Of a stretch of 64,000 nucleotides of DNA, positions 51,640 through 64,000 are shown one piece after another. The notes under the pieces are model-generated. The model did not search any database, was not told where the DNA came from, and worked only from the letters and a program-made list of their open reading frames with translations. The DNA is from Eledone cirrhosa (lineage: Eukaryota), in assembly GCA_964016885.1 (NCBI GenBank), contig OZ024750.1:54312001-54376000 (forward strand), in the 5' to 3' direction. The position numbers were made by a program, and so were the translations under genes. Position 1 is the first letter of the stretch, and every line of letters starts with the position of its first letter.

Positions 51640-54600
51640 ATTTGTCTCGCAAGAAACTGCTTGTATCCCAACTAACCACCATATCTAGTGGATGTATTGC
51701 TATTTGTCTGACATGAATCAGCTTATATCCCAGTTAACCACCATATCTAGTGGATGTATTGCTATTTGTCTGGCATGAACCTGCTATTATCCCAACTAAC
51801 AATATCTAGTAGATGTATTGCTATTTGTCAGACATGAAGCTGCTTATATCCCAACTAACCATATCTCGTGAATATACTGCTATTTGTCTCACATGAACCT
51901 GCTTAGATCCCAACTAACCACCATATCTAGTGGATGTATTGCTATTTGTCTGACATGAACCTGCTTATATCCCAACTAACCATATCTAGTGGATGTATTG
52001 TTATTTGTCTGACATGAACCAGCTTATATCCCAAGTAACCACCATATCGAGTGGATGTATTGCTATTTGTCTGACATGAACCTGCTTATATCCCAACTAA
52101 CCACCATATCTAGTGGATGTATTGCTATTTGTCTCACATGAACCTGCTTATATCCCAACTGACCACCATATCTAGTGGATGTATTGCTATTTGTCTTACA
52201 TGAATCTGCTTATATCCCAGCTAAAAATATCTAGTGGATGTATTGCTATTTGTCTCAAATGAACCTGCTTATATCCCAACTAACCATAACTAGTGGATGT
52301 ATTGCTATTTGTCTGATATGAACCTGCTTATTTCCCAACTAACCATATCTATTGGATGTATTGCTATTTGTCTGACATGAACCTGCTTATATCCCAACTA
52401 ACCACCATATCTAGTGGATGTATTGCTATTTGTCTAACATGAATCTGCTTATATCCCAGCTAACCACCATATCTAGTGGATGTATTGCTATTTGTCTGAG
52501 ATGAACCTGCTTATATCGCAACTAACCATAACTAGTGGATGTATTGCTATTTGTCTGACATGCACCTGCATATATCCCAACTAAGCACCATATCTGGTGG
52601 ATGTATTGCTATTTGTCTGGCATCAACCCGCTCCTTTCCCCACTAACCACCATAGCTAGTGGATGTATTGCTATTTGTCTGGCATGAACCTGCTTATATC
52701 CCAACTAACAAACATATCTAGTGGATGTATTGCTATTTGTCTGGCATCAACCTGCTTATATCCCAACTAACTATATCTAGTGGATGTATTGCTATTTGTA
52801 TGACACGAACCTGCTTATATACCAACTAACCACCATATCTAGTGGATGTATTGCTATTTGTCTCACATAAATCTGCTTATATAGCAACTAACCACCATAT
52901 CTAGTGGATGTATTGCTATTTGTCTCACATGAACCTGCTTATATCCCAAATAACCACCATATCTAGTGGGTGTATTGCTATTTGTCTCACATGAACCTGC
53001 TTATATCCCAACTATCCATATCTAGCGGATGTATTGCTATTTGTCTGGCATGAACCTGCTTATATCCCAACTATCCATATCTAGCGGATGTATTGCTATT
53101 TGTCTGACATGAACCTGCTTATATCCCAACTAACCACCGTATCGAGTGGATGTATTGCTATTTGTCTGACATGAAGCTGCTTATATCCCAACTAACCACC
53201 ATATCTAATGGATGTATTGCTATTTGTCTGACATGAAGCTGCTTATATCCCAACTAACCATCATATCTAGTGGATGTATTGCTATTTGTCTCACATGAAA
53301 CTGCTTATATCCCAACTAACCATATCTAGTGGACGTATTGATATTTGTCTGACATGACCTACTTATATCCCATCTAACCACCATATCTAGTGGATGTATT
53401 GCTATTTGTCTCACGTAAACCAGCTTATATCCCAATTAACCATAACTAGCGGATGTATTGCTATTTGTCTGGCATGAACATGCTTATATCCCAACTAACC
53501 ACCATAACTAGTGGATGTATTGCTATTTGTCTGGCATCAACCCGCTTCTTTCCCAACTAACCGCCATATCTAGTGTTGTATTGCTATTTGTCTGGCATGA
53601 ACCTGCTATTATCCCAACTAACAATATCTAGTGGATATATTGCTATTTGTCTGACATGAAACTGCTTATATCCCAACTAACCACCATATCGAGTGGATGT
53701 ATTGCTATTTGTCTGATATGAACCTGCTTATATCCCAACTAACGACCATATCTAGTGGATGTATTGCTATTTGACTGATATGAACCTGCTTATATCGCAA
53801 CTAACCATATGTAGTGGATGTATTGCTATTTGTCTCACATGATCCTCCTTATTCCCATCTAACCATATCTAGTGGATGTACTGCTATTTGTCTGACATGA
53901 ACCTGCTTATATCCCAACTAACCACCCTATCTAGTGGATGTATTGCTATTTGTCTGACATGAAGCTGCTTATATACCAACTAACCACCATATCTAGTGGA
54001 TGTATTGCTATTTGTCTGATATGAACCTGCGTATATCGCAACTAACAATATGTAGTGGATGTATTGCTATTTGTCTCACATGATCTTGCTTATATCCCAT
54101 CTAACCATAAATAGTGGATGTACTGCTATTTGTCTGACATGAACCTGCTTATATCCCAACTAACCACCATATGTAGTGGATGCATTACTATTTGTCTGAT
54201 ATGAACCTGCTTATTTTGCAACTAACCATATCTAGTGGATGTATTGCTATTTGTCTCACATGAACCTGCTTATATTGCAACTAACCTTAACTAGTGGATG
54301 TATTGCTATTTGTCTGATATGAACCTGCTTATATCGCAACTAACAATATCTAGTGGATGTATTGCTATTTGTCTCACATAAACCTGCTTATATCGCAACT
54401 AACCATAACTAGTGGTTGTATTGCTATTTGTCTGACATGGACCTGCTTATATCCCAACTAACAATATCTAGTGGATGTATTGCTATTTGTCTGGCATGAG
54501 CCTGCTTACATGCCAACTAACCATATCTAGTGGATGTATTGCTATTTGTCTGACATGAACCTGTTTATATCCCAACTAACCACCATATCTAGTGGATGTA

Positions 54601-57600
54601 TTGTTATTTGTCTCACATGAACCTGCTTATATCCCAACTAACCATAACTAGTGGATGTATTGCTATTTGTCTGATATGAACCGGCTTATTTCCCAACTAA
54701 CCATATCTATTGGATGTATTGCTATTTGTCTAACATGAATCTGCTTATATCCCAGCTAACCACCATATCTAGTGGATGTATTGCTATTTGTCTGACATGA
54801 ATCTGCTTATATCCCAACTAACCACCATATCTAGTGGATGTATTGCTATTTGTCTGAGATGAACCTGCTTATATCGCAACTAACCATAACTAATGGATGT
54901 ATTGTTATTTGTCTGGCATCAACCCGCTCCTTTCCCCACTAACCAGCATAGCTAGTGGATGTATTGCTATTTGTCTGGCATGAACCTGCTATTATCCCAA
55001 CTAACCAGAACTAGTGGATGTATTGCTATTTGTCTGACATGAACTTGCTTATATCCCAACTAACAACCATATCTAGTGGATGTATTGCTATTTGTCTGGC
55101 ATCAACCTGCTTATATCCCAACTAACTATATCTAGTGGATGTATTGCTATTTTCCTGACATGAACCTGCTTATATCCCAACTAACCATATCTAGTGGATG
55201 TATTGCTATTTGTATGACACAAACCTGCTTATATACCAACTAACCACCATATCTCGTGGATGTATTGCTATTTGTCTCACGTAAACCTGCTTATATAACA
55301 ACTAACCACCATATCTAGTGGATGTATTGCTATTTGTCTCACATGAACCTGCTTATATAACAACTAACCACCATATCTAGTGGATGTATTGCTATTTGTC
55401 TCACGTAAACCTGCTTATATAACAACTAACCACCATATCTAGTGGATGTATTGCTATTTGTCTCACGTAAACCTGCTTATATAACAACTAACCACCATAT
55501 CTAGTGGATGTATTGCTATTTGTCTCACATGAACCTGCTTATATACCAACTAACCACCATATCTAGTGGGTGTATTGCTATTTGTCTCACATGAACCTGC
55601 TTATATACCAACTAACCACCATATCTAGTGGGTGTATTGCTATTTGTCTCACATGAACCTGCTTATATCCCAACTATCCATATCTAGCGGATGTATTACA
55701 ATTTGTCTGACATGAACCTGCTTATATCCCAACTAACCACCGTATCGAGTGGATGTATTGCTATTTGTCTGACATGAAGCTGCTTATATCCCAAATAACC
55801 ATCATATCTAGTGGATGTAATGCTATTTGTATCACATGAACCTGCTTATATCCCATCTAACCACAATATCTAGTGGATGTATTGCTATTTGTCTCACGTA
55901 AACCAGCTTATATCCCAATTAACCATAACTAGCGGATGTATTGCTATTTGTCTGGTAGAAACCTGCTTATATCCCAACTAACTATCATATCTAGTGGATA
56001 TATTGCTATTTGTTTGACATGAACCTGCTTATATCCCAACTAACCATATTTAGTGGATGTATTGCTATGTGTCTGACATGAAATTGCTTATATCCCAACT
56101 AACCATATCAAGTGGACATAATGTTATTTGTCTGATCTGAACCTGCTTATTTCCCATCTAAACATAACTAGTGGACGTATTGCTATTTGCCTGATATGAG
56201 CCTGCTTATATCCCACCTAACCACCATATGTAGTTGATGTTTTGCTATTTGTCTGACATGAACCTGCTTATAACCCAACTAACCACCATATCTAGTGGAT
56301 GTATTGTTATTTGTATGACATGAACCTGCTTATATCTCAACTAACCACCATATCTAGTGGATGTATTGCTATTTGTATGACATGAACCTGCTTATATCCC
56401 AATTAACAGTATCTAGTGGATGTATTGCTATTTGTCTGGCAATGACCTGCTTATATCCCAACTAACCATCATACCTAGTGGACATATTGCTATTTGTTTG
56501 ACATCAATCTGCTTATATCCCAACTAACCATATCTAGTGGATGTATTGCAATTTGTCTGACATGAACCTGCTTATATCACAACTAAACATATCTAGTGTA
56601 TGTATTGCTACTTGTCTGGCATGAACCTGTTTATATTCCAACTAACAACCATATCTAGTGGATGTATTGCTATTTGTATGACATGAACCTGCTTATATCC
56701 CAATTAACAATATCTAGTGGATGTATTGCTATTTGTCTGGCAATGACCTGCTTATATCCCAACTAACCATCATACCTAGTGGATATATTGCTACTTGTTT
56801 GACATGGATCTGCTTATATCCCAACTAACCATATCTAGTGGATGTATTGCAATTTGTCTGACATGAACCTGCTTATATCCCAACTAACCATATCTAGTGG
56901 ACGTATTGTTATTTGTCTGACATGAACTTGCTTATATCCCAACTAACCACACTATCTAGTGGATGTATTGCTATTTGTCCGACATGAACTTTCTCATATC
57001 CCAACTAACATTATCGAGTGGATGTATTACAATTTGTCTGACATGAACATCCTTATATCCCAACTAACCACTCTATCTAGTAGATGTATTGCTATATGTC
57101 TGACATGAACCTGTTTACGTCCCAACTAACCATATCTAGTGGATGTATTGTTATTTGTCTGACATGAACCAGCTTATATCCCAAGTAACAACCATATCTA
57201 GTGGATGTACTGCTATTTGTCTGACATGAACATGCTTATATTCCAACTAACCACCATATCTATTGGATATATTGCTATTTGTCTGACATGAACATGCTTA
57301 TATCCCAACTAAACATATCTAGTGTATGTATTGCTATTTGTCTGGCATGAACCTGTTTATATCCCAACTAATCACCATATCTAGTGGATGTATTGCTATT
57401 TGTCTGGCATGAGCCTGCTTACATGCCAACTAACCATATCTAGTGGATGTATTGCTATTTGTCTGACATGAACCTGCTTATATCCCTACTAACCATCATA
57501 CCTAGTGAATGTATATCTATTTGTTTGACATCAGTCTGCTTATATCCCAACTAACTATATCTAGTGTATGTATTGCTATTTGTCTGGCATGAATTTGTTT

Positions 57601-60600
57601 ATATCCCAACTAACCATATCTAGTGGATGTATTGCTATTTGTCTGACATGAATCTGCTTATATCCCTACTAACCATCATACCTAGTGAATGTATATCTAT
57701 TTGTTTGACATCAGTCTGCTTATATCCCAACTAACTATATTTAGTGTATGTATTGCTATTTGTCTGGCATGATTCTGTTTATATCCCAACTAACCACCAT
57801 ATCTAGTGGATGTATTGCTATTTGAATGATGTGAACCTGCTTATATCTCAACTAACAGTATGTAGTGGATGTATTGCTATTTGTCTGGTATGAACCTGTT
57901 TATATCCCAACTAACCACCATATCTAGTGGATGTATTGCTATTTGTCTGACATGAAATTGCTTATATCCCAACTAACTATGTCTAGTGGATGTATTGTTA
58001 TTTGTCTGACATGAACCAGATTATATACCAAGTAACCACCATATCTAGTGGATGTATTGCTATTTGTCTGACATGAACATGCTTATATTCCAACTAACCA
58101 CCATATCTATTGGATATATTGCTATTTGTCTGACATGAACATGCTTATATCCCAATTAACCACCATATCTTGTGGATGTATTAATATTTGTCTGGCATGA
58201 ACCTGCTTATATACCAAGTAACCACCACATCTAGTGGATGTATTGCTATTTGTCTCACATGAACCTGCTTATATTGCAACTAACCTTAACTAGTGGAACT
58301 GCTTATTTCCCAACTAACCATATCAAGTGGACGTATTGTTATTTGTCTGACATCAACCTACTTATATCCCAACTAACCACCATATCTAGTGGATGTATTG
58401 ATATTTGTCTGAGATGAACTTGCTTATATCCCAACTAACCATATCTAGTGGATGTATTGCTATTTGTCTGACATGAACTTGGTTATATCCCATCTAACCA
58501 CCATATCTAGTGGATGTATCGTTATGTGTCTGACATGAACCCGCTTATATCCTAACTAACCACCATATCTAGTGGATGTATTGTTATTTGTCTGACACGA
58601 ACTTGCTTATATCCTAAATAACAATTTATCTAGTGGAAGTATTGCTATTTGTCTGACATGAACATCGTCATATCCCAACTAACCTTATCGAGTGGATGTA
58701 TTACAATTTGTCTGACATGAACCTCCTTATATCCCAACTAACCACTCTATCTAGTGGATAATTGCTATTTGTCTGACATGAACCAGCTTATATCCCAACT
58801 AACAGTATCTAGTGGACGTATTGTTATTTGTCTGACATGAACCAGCTTATATCACAACTAACAACCATATCTAGTGGATGTATTGCTATTTGTCTGACAT
58901 GAACATGCTTATATCCCAACTAACCACCATAACTAGTGGATGTATTGCTATTTGTCTGGCATCAACCCGCTTCTTTCCCAACAAACCGCCATATCTAGTG
59001 TATGTATTGCTATTTGTCTGGCATGAACCTACTATTATCCCAACTAACAATATCTAGTGGATATATTGCTATTTGTCTGACATGAAACTGCTTATATCCC
59101 AACTAACCACCATATCGAGTGGATGTATTGCTCTTTGTCTGATATGAACCTGCTTATATCCCAACTAACGACCATATCTAGTGGATGTATTGCTATTTGA
59201 CTGATATGAACCTGCTTATATCGCAACTAACCATATGTAGTGGATGTATTGCTATTTGTCTCACATATCCTCCTTATTCCCATCTAACCATATCTAGTGG
59301 ATGTACTGCTATTTGTCTGACATGAACCTGCTTATATCCCAACTAACCACCCTATCTAGTGGATGTATTGTTATTTGTCTGACATGAAGCTGCTTATATA
59401 CCAACTAACCACCATATCTAGTGGATGTATTGCTATTTGTCTGATATGAACCTGCGTATATCGCAACTAACAATATGTAGTGGATGTATTGCTATTTGTC
59501 TCACATGATCCTGCTTATATCCCATCTAACCATAAATAGTGGATGTACTGCTATTTGTCTGACATGAACCTGCTTATATCCCAACTAACCACCATATGTA
59601 GTGGATGCATTACTATTTGTCTGATATGAACCTGCTTATATCGTAACTAACCATATGTAGTGGATGTATTGCTATTTGTCTCACCTGATCCTGCTTATAT
59701 TGCAACTAACCTTAACTACTGGATGTATTGCTATTTGTCTGATATGAACCTGCTTATATCGCAGCTAACAATATCTAGTGGATCTATTGCTATTTGTCTC
59801 ACATAAACCTGCTTATATCGCAACTAACCATAACTAGTGGATGTATTGCTATTTGTCTGATATGAACCTGCTTATATCCCAACTAACAATATCTAGTGGA
59901 TGTATTGCTATTTGTCTGGCATGAGCCTACTTACATGCCAACTAACCATATCTAGTGGATGTATTGCTATTTGTCTGACATGAACCTGCTTATATCCCAA
60001 CTAACCACCATATCTAGTGGATGTATTGCTATTTGTCTCACATGAACCTGCTTATATCCCAACTAACCATATCTAGCGGATGTATTGCTATTTGTCTTAC
60101 ATAAACCTGCTTATATTTCAACTAACCATATATAGTGGATATATTGCTATTTGTCTAACATGAAGCTGCTTATATCCCAACTAACCACCATATCTAGTGC
60201 ATGTATTGCTATTTGTCTGGCATGAACCTGCTTATATCCCAACTAACTATATCTAGTGGATGTATTGCTATTTGTCTGACATGAACCTGCTTATATCGCA
60301 ACTTACCATATCTAGTGGACGTATTGCTATTTGTCTGACATGAACCTTCTTATATCCCAACTAACTATATCTAGTGGATGTATTGCTATTTTTCTGTCAT
60401 GAATCTGCTATATCCCAAATAACTACCATATCTAGTGGTTGTATAGCTATTTGTCTGACATGCACCTGCTTATATCCCAACTAACCATATCAAGTGGATG
60501 TATTGCTATGGGTCTGGCATGAAACTGCTTATATCCCAACTAAATGCTATATCTAGTGGATGTATTGTTATTTGTCTTACATGAACCTGCTTATATCCCA

Positions 60601-63600
60601 ACTAACCATATCTAGTGGATGTATTGAAGTTTGGCTAACATGAACATGCTTATATCCCAACTAACCATATCTAGTAGAGGTATTGCTATTTGTCTGACAT
60701 GAATCTGCTTATATCCCAATTAACCAAAACTAGTTGATGTATTGCTATTTGTCTGACATGCACCTGCTTATATCCCAACTAACCACCATATCTAGTGGAT
60801 GTATTGCTACTTGTCTAAACTGAACCTGTTTATATCCCAATTAACCACCATATCTAGTGGATGTATTGCTATTTGTCTGGCAGGAACCTGCTTGTATCCC
60901 ATAGCTAGTGGATATATTGCTATTTGTCTGAAATGAACCTACTTATATCCTAACTAACCATATCTAGTGGATGTATTTCTATATGTCTGATGTGAACCTG
61001 TTTATATCTCAACTGACCACTATAGCTAGTGGATATATTGCTATTTGTTTGAGATGAACCTGCTTATATCCAAACTAACCATATCGAGTGGATGTATTGC
61101 TATTTGTCTGACATGAACCTGCTTATATCACAACTAACCATATCTAGTGGATGTATTGCTATTTACTGACATGAACCTGCTTATATCGCAGCTGACTATA
61201 ACTAGCGGATGTACTGTTATTTGTCTTCCATGCACCTGCTTATATCCCAACTAACCATCATATCTAGTGGATATATTGCTATTTGCCCGACATGAACCTG
61301 CTTATTTCCCAACTAGCCACCATATCTAGTGGATGTATTGCTATTTGTCTGACATGAACCTGTTTATATCCTAATTAACAAACATATCTAGTGGATGTAT
61401 TGCTATTTGACTGACATGAACCTACTTATATCCCAACTAACCATATCTAGTGGATGTATTGCTATTTGTCTGGCATGGACCTGCTTATATCCCAAGTAAC
61501 CACCATATCGAGTGGATGTATTGCTATTTGTCTCACATGAACCTGCTTATATCCCAACTAACCATATCTAGTGGATGTTTTGAAATTTGGCTTACAGGAA
61601 CCTGCTTATATCCCAACTAACCACCATATCTAGTGGATGTATTGCTATTTGACTGACATGAACCTGTTTATATGCCAACTAACCATATCTCGATGATGTA
61701 TTGCTATTTGTCTGATATGAACCTGCTTATATGGCAACTAACCATAACTAGTGGATGTATTGCTATTTGTCTGACATGCAACTGCTTATATCCCAACTAA
61801 CCACCATATCTAGTGGATGTATTATTATTTGTCTGACATGAACCTTCTTATATCCCAAGTAACCAACATATCTAGTGGATGTATTGCTATTTGTCTGACA
61901 TGAACCTGCTTATATCCCAACTAACCATATCTAGTGGATGTTTTGAAATTTGGCTTACAGGAACCTGCTTATATCCCAACTAACCATATCTAGTGGACGT
62001 ATTGCTATTTGTCTGGCATGGACCTGCTTATATACCAAGTAACCACCATATCGAGAGGATGTATTGCTATTTGTTTGATAAGATCCTGCATATATCCCAA
62101 CTAACAGTATCTAGTGGATGTATTGGAATTTGTTTGAGATCAATCTGCTTATAACCCAACTAACCATATCTAGTGGATGTATTGCTATTTGTCTGACATA
62201 AACCTGCCTATATCCCAACTAAAGATATCTAGTCTATGTATTGCTATTTGTCTGACATGAACATGCTTATATTCCAACTAACCACCATATCTTGTGGATG
62301 TATTAATATTTGTCTGGCATGAACCTACTTATATACCAAGTAACCACCATATCTTGTGGATGTACTGCTATTTGTCTGATCTGAAACTGCTTATTTCCCA
62401 ACTAACCATATCAAGTGGACGTATTGCTATTTGTCTGACATCAACCTACTTATATCCCAACTAACCACCATATCTAGTGGATGTATTGATATTTGTCTGA
62501 CATGAACTTGGATCATATCCCAACTAACCATATCTAGTGGATGTATTGCTATTTGACTGTATCGGACCTCCTTATATCCCAACTAACCACCCTATCTAGT
62601 GAATGTATTGCTATTTGTCTGACATGAACCTGCTTATATCCCAACCAACCACCATATCTAGTGGATGTATTGCTATTCGTCTCACATGAACCTGCTTATA
62701 TCCCAACTAACAGTGTCTAGTGGATCTATTGCTATTTGTCTGGTAGAAACCTGCTTGTATCCCAACTAACTATCATATCTAGTGGATATATTGCTATTTG
62801 TTTGACATGAACCTGCTTATATCCCAACTAACTATATTTAGTGGATGTATTGCTATGTGTCTGACATGAAATTGCTTATATCCCAACTAACCATATCAAG
62901 TGGACATAATGTTATTTGTCTGATCTGAACCTGCTTATTTCCCATCTAAACATAACTAGTGGACGTATTGCTATTTGCCTGATATGAGCCTGCTTATATC
63001 CCACCTAACCACCATATGTAGTTGAAGTTTTGCTATTTGTCTGACATGAACCTGCTTATAACCCAACTAACCACCATATCTAGTGGATGTATTGCTATTT
63101 GTATGACATGAACCTGCTTATATCCCAACTAACCACCATATCTAGTGGATGTATTGCTATTTGTATGACATGAACCTGCTTATATCCCAATTAACAGTAT
63201 CTAGTGGATGTATTGCTATTTGTCTGGCAATGACCTGCTTATATCCCAACTAACCATCATACCTAGTGGATATATTGCTATTTGTTTGACATCAATCTGC
63301 TTATATCCCAACTAACCATATCTAGTGTATGTATTGCTACTTGTCTGGCATGAACCTGTTTATATTCCAACTAACAACCATATCTAGTGGATGTATTGCT
63401 ATTTGTATGACATGAACCTGCTTATATCCCAATTAACAATATCTAGTGGATGTATTGCTATTTGTCTGGCAATGACCTGCTTATATCCCAACTAACCGTC
63501 ATACCTAGTGGATATATTGCTACTTGTTTGACATCGATCTGCTTATATCCCAACTAACCATATCTAGTGGATGTATTGCAATTTGTCTGACATGAACCTG

Positions 63601-64000
63601 TTTATATCCCAACAACCATATCTAGTGGATGTATTGCTATTTGCCTCATATGAGCCTGCTTATATCCCACCTAACCACCATATCTAGTGGACGTATTGCT
63701 ATTTGTCTGACATGAACCTGCTTATATCCCAACTAACCATATCTAGTGGACGTATTGTTATTTGTCTGACATGAACTTGCTTATATCCCAACTAACCACA
63801 CTATCTAGTGGATGTAGTGCTATTTGTCCGACATGAACTTTCTCATATCCCAACTAACATTATCGAGTGGATGTATTACAATTTGTCTGACATGAACATC
63901 CTTATATCCCAACTAACCACTCTATCTAGTAGATGTATTGCTATATGTCTGACATGAACCTGTTTACGTCCCAACTAACCATATCTAGTGGATGTATTGT
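51640..64000. repeat. Satellite array of 59/62-bp monomers, running off the window end
   Basis: Consensus atatcccaactaac(cac)catatctagtggatgtattgctatttgtctgacatgaacctgctt, roughly 200 monomers. Confidence 0.97.

Noticed and set aside
51640-64000. CRISPR-like regular array
   Set aside because: There are no unique spacers and no cas genes, and the context is eukaryotic. It is a plain satellite.

Overview
This is AT-rich, repeat-saturated animal genomic DNA, most likely cephalopod (Octopus-like), judged from the recalled octopus SINE cores, the RTE (GAT)n tails and the TA/TG microsatellite load. I find no credible host gene; nearly all ORFs in the track are transposon relics or low-complexity artefacts. 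The window holds nested non-autonomous Helitrons; RTE, CR1, RTE-X, R4-like and CRE LINE fragments; a dead mariner; hAT, Tigger-like and TTAA MITEs; and many tRNA-derived SINEs. It also holds two copies of one Gypsy-like family (one full-length with a 5-bp TSD), a tRNA-Trp-primed non-autonomous LTR element, a Neptune-type Penelope relic split by two of the LTR elements, a 7-kb Gly/Ser-frame minisatellite and a >12-kb 59/62-bp satellite. Three signals stand out. (1) The Gypsy family has no canonical TGG primer-binding site (PBS); its PBS is instead complementary to nt 1-12 of tRNA-Phe, suggesting priming by a short 5' tRNA fragment. (2) A 32-nt tRNA-Trp copy in a doubled PBS carries an A58-to-T change, the footprint of reverse transcription through m1A58. 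(3) At least five or six unrelated families of minimal, dimer-type hammerhead ribozymes sit in Penelope-like inverted terminal repeats, including non-canonical core variants. All family names come from motif recognition, not database searches.
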